The notes below the pieces were generated by a model. The model was not told where the DNA came from. It made no database searches and saw nothing but the letters and a program-made list of their open reading frames with translations. This document shows, one piece after another, positions 49,951 to 59,631 of a stretch of 64,000 bases of DNA. How positions within the stretch are numbered: position 1 is the first letter of the stretch; every line of letters begins with the position of its first letter. Location of the stretch: positions 1-64,000 of IMG/VR virus record IMGVR_UViG_3300007734_000755; one strand, given 5' to 3'. Position numbers and translations under genes: made by a program. The DNA comes from a virus.

Positions 49951-50865
49951 TTACTTCTTCTTTGCAGGGAAACCTTTCTTCTTTTCTGTCTCTTTCTTGT
50001 CGGCTTCCTTCTTCTTCATTTCCAATTTCTTCTTCTTGTCAGCTTCTTTCTTCTTGTCTGTTGCCTGCTTTTCCTTGATCATTGAGGTCTTTCCGGCTGG
50101 AGCTTTCTTCTTTGCTTCAATCAATCTACGCTTTACTCTTGATGTAATCTTGTTGACCAATCTATTAATTGCCTCTTCCATTGGTGAGGGGGCCGGAGGC
50201 ATTTCTTCTTCATCTTCTGTTGGAGGCATTTCTTCTTCGGTCTCTGGGGCTTTCTCGCCATCTTCTACTGTAACCTCAACGCCAAGTGTTTCCTGAACCA
50301 ACTCTCCCAGCTTCTTTACAAAGTCCTTGATCTTAGTCTCGGTCTCGTCGCCATCTGGCTCTTCGTGCATTTCCGGAGCTGGTTCAACTTCTTCCTCGTC
50401 ACCCTTTGGGTCTAATTCGGCCTGTTCAAGAAGTTTCTTGAGCTTCTTCATTGATCTGCGCAGATTTTCTTGAAAAGACATTTGTGGAACTGCTTCGTCT
50501 AGTTCCTCCTCGTCTTCCATTTCCTCATCCTCGTGGCCCTCGTCCACATCACACTCACAATCCTTAAACGGAGCACCACATTCTGGGCATTCTTCGTTTC
50601 CTAGATCAAATTCGCTATCTAGATTTTCACCCTCATCGCCAAATTCTCCACCCGATTCATCGGAAGGGAACTCATCATCGGTATATGTAGAGTGGAATCC
50701 TTCATCTCCCAACGAAGCATCAAAGGCGTTCCCTTTTGGATCATCTGGGTTAAAATTCTTATGTCCTTCTCTTAGGAATGGATTTGTTAATGCTCCAATC
50801 CCAGCCAATCCCATCATTCGTCTTGTGACTGACTCATTTAGCAGTAAATCTTTTCTCTTTGACAT
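49951..50865 (-). CDS. acidic low-complexity protein, possible prohead core/scaffold
   Basis: LLNESVTRRMMGLAGI start, Glu-rich body, Lys-rich tail, CTATTTA motif upstream. Confidence 0.6.
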   Translation of the reverse strand: MSKRKDLLLNESVTRRMMGLAGIGALTNPFLREGHKNFNPDDPKGNAFDASLGDEGFHSTYTDDEFPSDESGGEFGDEGENLDSEFDLGNEECPECGAPFKDCECDVDEGHEDEEMEDEEELDEAVPQMSFQENLRRSMKKLKKLLEQAELDPKGDEEEVEPAPEMHEEPDGDETETKIKDFVKKLGELVQETLGVEVTVEDGEKAPETEEEMPPTEDEEEMPPAPSPMEEAINRLVNKITSRVKRRLIEAKKKAPAGKTSMIKEKQATDKKKEADKKKKLEMKKKEADKKETEKKKGFPAKKK

Positions 50866-50910
50866 GTTCTATTTCTCCTAAGAAATCACAAATAAATAGT
50901 AGTGAGAATT

Positions 50911-51162
50911 CTAAAAAGCCCAATCTTCGTTCTTTGCGGCCTGTTTAATTTTCTCGATTGCCTTATCTTCGATCTGTTTAATTCTAACGTAGGAAACCCC
51001 CATTCTTTTTGAAGCCTCTTCCAGAGTTAGAGATCCGTGTTTTCTTGTGCAGATTAACACACAATTTAAATCATCTGGATATTCTATATAGTTTCTACAT
51101 TCTGTTTTTAGACAGGGCGTATTTGTCTTCTGGCAAATTTCATCACAATACATTATGATCAT
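50911..51162 (-). CDS. stand-alone sigma70 region-4 HTH protein with Cys-rich N-terminus
   Basis: LTLEEASKRMGVSYVRIKQIEDKAIEKI. Confidence 0.8.
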   Translation of the reverse strand: MIIMYCDEICQKTNTPCLKTECRNYIEYPDDLNCVLICTRKHGSLTLEEASKRMGVSYVRIKQIEDKAIEKIKQAAKNEDWAF

Positions 51163-51485
51163 CCTGGGAGAGTTTCGTCGAGGATATCATAGATATCTTC
51201 TATCTCCTCGTGGTTTAGATCATACAGTACCTTTGATTTCTTGGCAAGAACCTCTTGCTTTTCAATGTAGGGCTTCTTTAATCTTCCGGAAATCTTATTC
51301 CTTTGCTTATAATTTTCCACAATAGTTCTCGCATTCTCATCCCCAGCTAGATAACTTTCAATAAAGAACTTTATAATTCTAGATGGGTGAGGAAGGTTTT
51401 CGAACTTAAGTGAGGAAAGAAACTCTCCATATTCATATTCACCTAGATTGCATATAATTCTCTTTTGGTAGACTGCCGATTTCAT
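51159..51485 (-). CDS. hypothetical protein
   Basis: ORF coupled to neighbours. Confidence 0.65.
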   Translation of the reverse strand: MKSAVYQKRIICNLGEYEYGEFLSSLKFENLPHPSRIIKFFIESYLAGDENARTIVENYKQRNKISGRLKKPYIEKQEVLAKKSKVLYDLNHEEIEDIYDILDETLPG

Positions 51486-52543
51486 TATTTATTCCTTAGA
51501 AGGATGTGGGTTTCGCTTTCAATGATAGAAGAGTTAGACTGAAGGGTTATTTTTGCCTTCTTGTGCATATCCTTTATGTTTGACACTCCTGAATATGACA
51601 GCCCACTTCTGATTCCTTTTTCAAGATCACTCAAAATATCTATAACTGTTCCCTTGTACGGGACTGTTGTCGAAATACCCTCTAGTGACCCTATAGAGCC
51701 TCTCCATTTTTGTTGTGCTTCTGGGGATGCCATGCCCTGGTAGATTTTATACTTTCGACCATCTCTTTCCAGAACAACACCGGGGGATTCGTCTGTACCA
51801 GCTAAGAGCGAGCCAAGCATAACAAGGTCAGCTCCAGCAGCGATTGCCTTAACAATATCTCCAGAGTTTCTTATGCCACCATCAGCAATTAATAAGGTCT
51901 TAGTTCCCTTCTTTGCCTTTGCGCAGTCCATTATGGCAGTTATGCTAGGAACTCCGTGTCCAGTCTTTATTCTAGTTTCACAAATGCTCCCATTCCCAAT
52001 CCCAACCTTAATTGAATCTGCACCCCAATTACTTAGGTCTCGGAAGCCTTCTCCTGTGGCAACATTTCCAACCATAAGATGGCAATCGTAGAGATATTTC
52101 TTCAACACCCTCATTGCGTCCTTAACGAGTATGTGGTGACCATGTGCAACATCTATGCAAAAGATACGACAACCATTTCTTACTAGCTCCTGGGCTCTCT
52201 CCAAATAGTCTCCGGTGATTCCAATTGCACATCCGGCGTATGGAGCCTTATTAAATAACTCTACTTGTTGAGCAACAGAATTATATCTGTGTATAATTCC
52301 TAATCCACCGCACCCAATTATAGCGTTAGCCATCTGGTCCTCTGTTACTGTATCCATCGGACTAGAAATTATGGGAAGTTCAAGTACTCTGCAATCTTCT
52401 GTTAGAAACGGATCATCGTAATCCGTGTTCTTCTCCTTCTTTCTGATTGGAAATTTTGTTGTTAGGATAATATCCTTCCTCGTCTTTACTTCACTAAACT
52501 GTGGCACTAAAAGACAATCATCAAACGTATATGTTTTTTTCAT
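51485..52543 (-). CDS. guaB: IMP dehydrogenase/GMP reductase family protein lacking CBS domains
   Basis: SSPMDTVTE, IDVAHGH, GIGNGSICETR, ADGGIR, GMAS. Confidence 0.88.
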   Translation of the reverse strand: MKKTYTFDDCLLVPQFSEVKTRKDIILTTKFPIRKKEKNTDYDDPFLTEDCRVLELPIISSPMDTVTEDQMANAIIGCGGLGIIHRYNSVAQQVELFNKAPYAGCAIGITGDYLERAQELVRNGCRIFCIDVAHGHHILVKDAMRVLKKYLYDCHLMVGNVATGEGFRDLSNWGADSIKVGIGNGSICETRIKTGHGVPSITAIMDCAKAKKGTKTLLIADGGIRNSGDIVKAIAAGADLVMLGSLLAGTDESPGVVLERDGRKYKIYQGMASPEAQQKWRGSIGSLEGISTTVPYKGTVIDILSDLEKGIRSGLSYSGVSNIKDMHKKAKITLQSNSSIIESETHILLRNK

Positions 52544-52870
52544 TTATTTACCTTGAATCCTTTTTATTTCTTCTGTTAGAGATGCTTCATCAAACCCAGA
52601 TTCTGGGTAAACTAACTCATGGAACTTTTGTCCCTTAATATAGTATATTGTTGGGACTCCCTCTTCAACAAACAATTCTGCCAACTCTTCCTCTTCATCA
52701 ATATCAACCTCACAAAAGTCTAGCTCCTTGAATTTAAGGGATACGTCTTCGTATAGTTGCTCTATATCCGTACACACTGGGCAGTCGTCACTCTTAAACT
52801 TTACCAGGAAGGGTTTCCCCGCGTCAACCATCTTTTTAAATTTAAACAAATCAAGATCTTTCGGCTTCAT
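52544..52870 (-). CDS. thioredoxin-family protein
   Basis: CPVC and GVPT. Confidence 0.85.
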   Translation of the reverse strand: MKPKDLDLFKFKKMVDAGKPFLVKFKSDDCPVCTDIEQLYEDVSLKFKELDFCEVDIDEEEELAELFVEEGVPTIYYIKGQKFHELVYPESGFDEASLTEEIKRIQGK

Positions 52871-53120
52871 TTGGTACGGCCTCCTTTGCTTTGTCTATAC
52901 ATTGTGGGCAAAAAAGTCTCACGACGGACTCCTCATACTTAACCACTACCACCCAGGTATTGGCCATTTCCCTAGATTTCTTGTCAAATTGGGCAGAACA
53001 CACGTCACACTTGTCAGGAAGTCTACTAAACATTCCAACCTTTTCGGATAGGTCCTTTTCGACTTCCTTTCTTTTCTCCAGTGTTTGGCTTCTTTCTATT
53101 TTTTTTAGAAGATTTGACAT
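52851..53120 (-). CDS. small zinc-ribbon protein
   Basis: CDVC...CPQC. Confidence 0.65.
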   Translation of the reverse strand: MSNLLKKIERSQTLEKRKEVEKDLSEKVGMFSRLPDKCDVCSAQFDKKSREMANTWVVVVKYEESVVRLFCPQCIDKAKEAVPNEAERS

Positions 53121-53584
53121 TATACTCCAGTAGAACCAAAGCCGCCATCCTGTCTATTGGATAGGGTAAGAGTCCTAAAATAGAGATCTTCGTTTTCTGG
53201 AACCTCAACAAACTCTGGTAGCTTGATTGGGTAGACTATAATCTGCGCAATCTTCTCTCCCGGATTTATTTGTTGAGATCCAGAACCAACATTGTGTATG
53301 TTAACCATTACTTCTCCAGTGTATCCCGAATCAATAATACAGGCTCCGACCAACAATTGTTTTTTGCTTGCTATACCTGACTTATTCTTAACTTCACATA
53401 CGTGTCCAGACGGGACAGCAATTTTGATTCCTGTTGATAACAGTCGTGATTCCCCGGCCCAAATAAGCACGGGCTCTGTCCCGTGATAGAATACGTCAGC
53501 TCCCGCATCCGATTTATTTGCCCGATTGGGCAGCTTTGAATCCTCATAAATTTTCTTAACGTCTATAAACAAATTAACCTCCAT
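53120..53584 (-). CDS. dut: trimeric dUTPase
   Basis: AGAD, KSG, IDSGYTGE, IAQ, RQDGGFGSTG. Confidence 0.95.
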   Translation of the reverse strand: MEVNLFIDVKKIYEDSKLPNRANKSDAGADVFYHGTEPVLIWAGESRLLSTGIKIAVPSGHVCEVKNKSGIASKKQLLVGACIIDSGYTGEVMVNIHNVGSGSQQINPGEKIAQIIVYPIKLPEFVEVPENEDLYFRTLTLSNRQDGGFGSTGV

Positions 53585-53632
53585 TGGTGTTGTCCAAGGA
53601 GGTTAACATGGTCTTACTTGTCTGTCAATCGC

Positions 53633-54448
53633 TTAGACGTAAGATCCTGAGGATAGAACGACAAATACCCCAGCGACCGGAGTATGTGATTCCTTGGCAG
53701 ACGATGAAAATTCGACAATTATTCCACCAGCAGTGTTTATTGTTCCCGTGGCAATCAAGAAGGCTTTTCTGTATAAGGCCGAAGATAGATCCGTTGCTGA
53801 CGCAGTAGCCACGCTCCCTGTTGGACCGAACGAGGTGTTAGACCCGGTCGCAACCTTGGAAGCAAATACCGAAGCGTCTGACGGCTTTATTAATCTGATC
53901 TGATCTCCAGAGGTCATTTGACCCGCAACATAGACCACTAGGTGTGATGGGGTTCCAGCTCCAGTGATTGCTGCGCCAAACTTGATTGAGGCAGTAGCTG
54001 TGGTTCCGCCCAAATAGTAGGGGACGTATGCTGATTGTGGGCCATCGTTACTGTAGATGATGACCGGAGAAACAGGGGCATTAGACTTAGAACAATCCGT
54101 TTGAACTGCGCCGACAAGTGGGAAATAGTAATGCTTTGCTGCCGAACTTAGACCAACCGCGCCGCTTAGTGAGGATGAAAGAAACGCACCAACATTGGTA
54201 ACTTCTCCAGAGAGTCCGGCATAAGTCCACGCACCATCGGCATTTGACACGGCATCACTCAATTGCGTAGCTGATGCCGCAGTAAAGGTTGGAGAGGTTC
54301 CTGCCTTACCATATAGAGCAGTGTTTACAAGGGCCGCTTGGTTGGCAGCAACGCCTCTATCCACTTCTGAAACGTTGGTATACCCAGCCGGGTGCAATAC
54401 GTTATTATATACTGCCGCAGCCTTTCTTTTTCTGTGTCCACTTGCCAT
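53633..54448 (-). CDS. Ala/Ser/Thr/Gly-rich probable virion structural protein
   Basis: composition, AGGAG RBS, CTATTTA motif at 54473-54479. Confidence 0.6.
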   Translation of the reverse strand: MASGHRKRKAAAVYNNVLHPAGYTNVSEVDRGVAANQAALVNTALYGKAGTSPTFTAASATQLSDAVSNADGAWTYAGLSGEVTNVGAFLSSSLSGAVGLSSAAKHYYFPLVGAVQTDCSKSNAPVSPVIIYSNDGPQSAYVPYYLGGTTATASIKFGAAITGAGTPSHLVVYVAGQMTSGDQIRLIKPSDASVFASKVATGSNTSFGPTGSVATASATDLSSALYRKAFLIATGTINTAGGIIVEFSSSAKESHTPVAGVFVVLSSGSYV

Positions 54449-54498
54449 TCTTCGATCTCCTAAGTTCAGTAGTAAATAGTATTATAAAACGCGAAATA

Positions 54499-57400
54499 CT
54501 ATCCGACCATCTTCCAATTCTTAGAAATGCCCATACAAGAATAGCTCTTATAGTTCTCATCATAATCTAGTTTGGCAACATATGGTCTGTTTAAATAGAT
54601 TAAATCCTTTTCAAGATCTACTCCCCAGCACTTTATTTCAAACGTCTTTGAGGAATCATCCGCTACCTGCACTGCATAATAGTTCTTGCTATTTTTTGAC
54701 TTCTTTACCTCAAAGGACATTGGGATAAACCAACAAACTCCAAGTTCTGCATCAAACTTGGAGATCGGATAAATCATCTTATCGTCCAATCTCTTATAAA
54801 GTTTAGGATCCATAACCAACTCTATGGGGAAGAATCCCAACAACTCCTTACAATTCTGTATTACCTCGGCCTTTGAGAAGTCTCCCTCTGACTTATAGAG
54901 CTCAATATATTCATCAAACTTCTTCTTTGTCTTTGGTCTTTCTGCGCTAAACGACATCCAAAAATGCTTTGTTCCTGTAAATCGATTGTCTATCAAACAA
55001 TCCAGCGCTCCGCATCTGGCAAGAGCATCAAACCCTCTCTTGTTGAGCTTGGAATAAACAATGTCCTCGTTGAAAAGCATTTCATCAATCGTCTTGAATG
55101 GCCGATTATTTAGGACTTGTTCGACAGCCTTATCTCCCAATCCCTTGATTGAGTTTAAAGGTTGATAATAAGTCTTACCATCGGTTGAAACACGCCATTT
55201 ATCTCCAGAATTATTGATATTTGGGGACTCAATTTTATAACCCAGAGACTTAATAGTAGAAATGGCCTTAGCCTTTCCATCATCATCCTTGGTTTCTTCA
55301 TCTAGGTACGACGCAATCCATTCAGATGGATGATAAGTAAGAAGGTATGCACACTGATAGGAAAGGATGCTATAACAAACGGCATGAGATTTATTAAAGC
55401 CGTAACCAGAGAAGAACTCAAAGGTTTGCCATAGCCTCTCCGCATCATCAACTTGAATATTCTTTTCAGCACATCCTTCCATAAACTTAACATAAATCCC
55501 GTCCTTTACTTCATGACCCTTTCCGGTGCCCTTCTTGGTAAGTAGTTTTCTAAGTAGATTGCCCTCGTCAAGAGACAAGTCCTTTCCTAGCTTGTGGGCA
55601 ATCAACGCAATCTGTTCCTGAAAGATGAGAAATCCAAAGGTCTCCCTTGTTATTTCTTCTACAATTGGATGCAGGTATGAAATACTTTCCGGAGATTCCT
55701 TGGCCTTAACATAGTTCTCGTCAACCTTAGCCGATAACGGGCCTGGTCTAAAGATCGAGGTTACTGCCGATAGGTCAATGATACTCGTTGGCTTTGCCTT
55801 CTTACAAAACTCCTGCGCGCCTCTTTCTGCAAATTGAAAGACTCCAACCCAGCTTCCGTCATGAAATACGTTTTTATAAACTTTTTGGTCATCAAAGTTT
55901 ATGACTGACGGGTGTAGTTTTTTATCATAGAAATCTCTTATCTCCTTAAATGTTGGAGATGGATTTCCGTTCTTGACGAGGATCCTAGAAATAGTATTTT
56001 CTATTAGTCGAAGGGTTGTTAATCCAAGAATGTCGAACTTGATAAACCCTAGAGGCTCCAAGTGTCTTACATTCTGGCCCTCACTCCATGGGGTTTGTGT
56101 AACACCGCCAGAATTTATCAGCGGCATATATCTTGAGATATTTTCAGATACAATTACGCCACCAGCGTGCCTACTCGCACTTCTCACTTGTCCCTGTAAG
56201 ACACCAATGCTCGTCTTTATATCTGGATATTTCGTAAGAAAGCCTTGCAGGCTTTCTGAATATTCCATCAACTCCTCAAAGGTTGGCACGTACTTACCAG
56301 CAGTTAGCCCGTGTTTTTCCTTTGCGGCAACCATCGCTTCCTTTTCCATCACTGATGTTACATCATTTACTTCCTGATATGGAACGCTATAAAGTTTTGA
56401 GAGATCCTTGATAAGAGAACGAAGTTGTAGAGTGTTCCAGTTTGAAATTGGAACAACGCTGTCATTTCCCCATTCATCAATAAGCATCTGTTTCAATGCC
56501 ATTGGATCAGAGGTATCAAAGTCGATATCTGGATAATCCTTTGCGTTTTTTTGTAGGAACCGGCTAAACAACAGACCGTATTTAATTGGATCTAGTTGAG
56601 TGATATTCAGCAAATATGATACCAAGGAACCTGCTGCCGATCCTCTACCTGCTCCGACTAGCTGATTCTCCACTGCCTTATCGGCAATAGCCTTCATTGT
56701 CAGAAAGTACTTAGAGAATCCGCGATCCTTAATAATCGATAATTCTTCTCTTATTCTTTCAATATATTGCTTATTGGTTCCAAAGCCAAATTTCTTCATT
56801 GATTCAGAACACATTTCAACAAGGGCCTGAAAGTCAGTCTTGCCCTCTGGCACAACAAAGCTTGGAAGTCTCACCGATGAGTCTGGCAGAAAGGATTCAA
56901 TATGAGCGTGAGCAATTTCATAGGAGTTTTCGATTGATTCAAGTACTACTTGATCGTCATAATCACAACCTACCTGTTCCGAATACTTCTTGTATGCATC
57001 CCACATTTGTTGCCCGTTCTTGGGGTACAGCTCACACTTAAGATCTTCACGGCTCTTGGGAAGAGTTTCTAGAGAGAGATTCTTTGATCCAAGCCAACCA
57101 AGCATCTTATAAATTTCTCTTTCCTTCCACAACTCTGGTCTTGGATAATGGCTATCGCAGGTTGATACGAGCTTAACCCCGTTCTCTTTTGCAACGGAGA
57201 TGATAAGGTTGTTGATGCTGTGTTGTTCTGAGTAGGCATTCCATTGTAATTCGCAATAGAATCTGTCTGAAAAGATTTCCTTAAAACTCTTAACAGTTTT
57301 ATTCATCTCCTCGAATACTTTTTCTTCTCCCTGCTCCTTGTAGGCCCAAAACGATTTGGATAAAATCCCACCCATGCAGGCAGAAAGAACTATTACCCCC

Positions 57401-57912
57401 TCGTTATGTTCCTTCAACATTTCGTAGTCGATTCTTGGAAATCTGTAAAAATTTCCTGGTCTGTAAGATTTTGATACTAGTTGATAGATATTAGACAGAC
57501 CTACTGGGTTTTGTGCCAGCAGTACAAGATGCGCTCTGAAATTTAGAGAATTCTTTTCCAGTTGCTTGGATTCCTCTTCGTCTTCTACTACTACACCGCT
57601 CTCCTCATTGTCATCCTTCTTTGTCTTCTTATCTGCCTTGCTTTTATCATAGGCGACTTTCCAATCTGATATAGATGGGACAAAATAAGCCTCAACTCCG
57701 AAGATTGGCTTGAAGGTCTTTCCCTCGGCCGCTAATTTCTTTGAGTGCAAAACTTGATATGACAGGCCGTTCATGTTACCGTGATCTGTTAGTGCTAGGG
57801 CATCTGCTCCATTCTCCATGGCATAATCAATATGCTGGGAGGGGTAGCCTAGGCCATCAAAAACACTGAAGGTTGAGTGTCCGTGCAGGTTGGTGAATTT
57901 AATATTTGGCAT
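54499..57912 (-). CDS. dnaE: DNA polymerase III alpha subunit (family C)
   Basis: PHP domain HGHS/TDHG, GRGSAAGS, PDIDFD, HAGG, KFDILGL, GYGFNKSHA. Confidence 0.97.
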   Translation of the reverse strand: MPNIKFTNLHGHSTFSVFDGLGYPSQHIDYAMENGADALALTDHGNMNGLSYQVLHSKKLAAEGKTFKPIFGVEAYFVPSISDWKVAYDKSKADKKTKKDDNEESGVVVEDEEESKQLEKNSLNFRAHLVLLAQNPVGLSNIYQLVSKSYRPGNFYRFPRIDYEMLKEHNEGVIVLSACMGGILSKSFWAYKEQGEEKVFEEMNKTVKSFKEIFSDRFYCELQWNAYSEQHSINNLIISVAKENGVKLVSTCDSHYPRPELWKEREIYKMLGWLGSKNLSLETLPKSREDLKCELYPKNGQQMWDAYKKYSEQVGCDYDDQVVLESIENSYEIAHAHIESFLPDSSVRLPSFVVPEGKTDFQALVEMCSESMKKFGFGTNKQYIERIREELSIIKDRGFSKYFLTMKAIADKAVENQLVGAGRGSAAGSLVSYLLNITQLDPIKYGLLFSRFLQKNAKDYPDIDFDTSDPMALKQMLIDEWGNDSVVPISNWNTLQLRSLIKDLSKLYSVPYQEVNDVTSVMEKEAMVAAKEKHGLTAGKYVPTFEELMEYSESLQGFLTKYPDIKTSIGVLQGQVRSASRHAGGVIVSENISRYMPLINSGGVTQTPWSEGQNVRHLEPLGFIKFDILGLTTLRLIENTISRILVKNGNPSPTFKEIRDFYDKKLHPSVINFDDQKVYKNVFHDGSWVGVFQFAERGAQEFCKKAKPTSIIDLSAVTSIFRPGPLSAKVDENYVKAKESPESISYLHPIVEEITRETFGFLIFQEQIALIAHKLGKDLSLDEGNLLRKLLTKKGTGKGHEVKDGIYVKFMEGCAEKNIQVDDAERLWQTFEFFSGYGFNKSHAVCYSILSYQCAYLLTYHPSEWIASYLDEETKDDDGKAKAISTIKSLGYKIESPNINNSGDKWRVSTDGKTYYQPLNSIKGLGDKAVEQVLNNRPFKTIDEMLFNEDIVYSKLNKRGFDALARCGALDCLIDNRFTGTKHFWMSFSAERPKTKKKFDEYIELYKSEGDFSKAEVIQNCKELLGFFPIELVMDPKLYKRLDDKMIYPISKFDAELGVCWFIPMSFEVKKSKNSKNYYAVQVADDSSKTFEIKCWGVDLEKDLIYLNRPYVAKLDYDENYKSYSCMGISKNWKMVG

Positions 57913-58231
57913 TTTGTCCTGTGTTGCTTGGGTTGTCTAATTGTTCGCTAAGAGCGAAAATTTGATTCGATAAAATCTTCTCTTTATTTCTTAACTCACA
58001 CTCCATCATATAAAATCTTTGGGCTTGTTGCACATGTCTCTTTTTTTCTTCTTGAAGTTCTTCGTAAAGCTTTCCATAGAGAGTATTTTCTGGTTCTACC
58101 AGACAAAGGACCGAATTTATGTTGTTCATCAACTCATAAGCTTCTTCAAATGTCATAGTAACGGGACGCCCGTTTATTGGAACTGTGAGACGTTTGTATT
58201 CTTCATGCTGAGAAAGCCCGTTATACATCAA
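57899..58231 (-). CDS. coiled-coil hypothetical protein
   Basis: ORF coupled to neighbours. Confidence 0.6.
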   Translation of the reverse strand: MMYNGLSQHEEYKRLTVPINGRPVTMTFEEAYELMNNINSVLCLVEPENTLYGKLYEELQEEKKRHVQQAQRFYMMECELRNKEKILSNQIFALSEQLDNPSNTGQNAKY

Positions 58232-59402
58232 CCGCTCCTCTTACTTCTGAATTATAGGCAAAAATTTCTGCTATCGTTGCCGACTCTCTTTCTCCTAATT
58301 CCTTTGGAAGCTCTTTTCCGCCCGATAGGCGATTCCAGGCCAATCTTAACTCATCTCTATTAAGAGAGCCAACGTGGCATATAGAGGATAATCTACCTGG
58401 TCTTTTCATAGCATCATCTATCTGAACTATCGGCTGATTTGTCGTGATTAACAATCTTATGTTGCAAACGTCTCCGAGGATGCCATCTCCCATGTTTAGA
58501 GCTGCTGAAATGGCATCGATGGAATCCTTCATTCTCTCCTTTACCAAGATATCTGCGTCCTCAAGAATAAGAACCATTGGACGATTTTCCTTCTTGTGTG
58601 ATAGCAACGCAGGTAACATATCCGGCTCTCCAAGTTTCGCAACGAGAGAGGGAGGAACGATAACAAACGAACAATGCTTCCCAAGCTCGGCAATTATAGA
58701 ACGAATCAGATAGGTCTTCCCTGTTCCCGGAGGGCCACTGAGAATACTAATCTTCCCCGTTGGGAATTCTTTCTTTAATTCATCAGATAAAAAGATTTTT
58801 TGTTTTTGAAGCTCAGCTGAATAATACTCTGGCGTAAATGCACACCCTACCTTGCCAGTTTTTTGGATCGAAATCCCCTCTATAGAGGACAACATCATAC
58901 CGACTGAACTCTTATTCTTGTCCTCTGCCGGCGGCTTCTTAAACGGGAGAAAAACTCTCTTGAGAGAGTCGAACATATCTTTGTTTGTTGTACGAAGTGA
59001 TATGTATTGATACTTCCCGGAATAATTCGATCCCTTTTGATAGACAACGTTTGTATCCCCACTCTCGTTCACGAAGATGGCACACTCTACAGGATCCTCA
59101 TCAGAATCCACAATTTCATCGTATTCAGATACTAGGTCTTGCTCTTCCGAGGAATACAACTCAGCCATATTGAATTTGTATTCTGCCAGTGCTTCCTCGA
59201 CCTTAGAGTGGGAAAGAGTGGTCGATACCATAAACGTTCTTAGAGTCTTTTTTTCATTAACTGCCTTTTGCAGGAAGGCATCATCAAATATCCCAGCACC
59301 GCGCTCGGTTCTCCCGGCAAATCCATATTGAAACCACGGAAGGTTTGTAACCTTTTTTGAAGAAAGTTTATTAAACTGATTCTCTGTCGTATTCATATTC
59401 AC
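58221..59402 (-). CDS. AAA+ ATPase
   Basis: GPPGTGKT, LILEDAD, TTN, DDAMKRPGR. Confidence 0.9.
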   Translation of the reverse strand: MNMNTTENQFNKLSSKKVTNLPWFQYGFAGRTERGAGIFDDAFLQKAVNEKKTLRTFMVSTTLSHSKVEEALAEYKFNMAELYSSEEQDLVSEYDEIVDSDEDPVECAIFVNESGDTNVVYQKGSNYSGKYQYISLRTTNKDMFDSLKRVFLPFKKPPAEDKNKSSVGMMLSSIEGISIQKTGKVGCAFTPEYYSAELQKQKIFLSDELKKEFPTGKISILSGPPGTGKTYLIRSIIAELGKHCSFVIVPPSLVAKLGEPDMLPALLSHKKENRPMVLILEDADILVKERMKDSIDAISAALNMGDGILGDVCNIRLLITTNQPIVQIDDAMKRPGRLSSICHVGSLNRDELRLAWNRLSGGKELPKELGERESATIAEIFAYNSEVRGAVDV

Positions 59403-59631
59403 ATTCCTTAAGCTCTTCGTAGTAATTGTTTAATTCGTTTTCAAATGAGAGTGAACATTCCTCGATTATGGCAGACACTAGATCTCTATACTCAAATGGA
59501 AGAGAATAAAAATCCTTCTTGAGTGCATCTGGCACCTGGTTTTTTAACATTATTGAACTCCAAATCCATTCTGGTCTAATCTTCGGGTTGGAGATCCCCG
59601 GTAATTCTGTCATAATCATCAAATACTCCAC
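59371..59631 (-). CDS. hypothetical protein
   Basis: ORF. Confidence 0.5.
   Translation of the reverse strand: MEYLMIMTELPGISNPKIRPEWIWSSIMLKNQVPDALKKDFYSLPFEYRDLVSAIIEECSLSFENELNNYYEELKECEYEYDRESV

Noticed and set aside
54499-57912. Intein or intron in dnaE
   Set aside because: 1137 aa is normal length, motifs are contiguous, no splice-junction signature noticed
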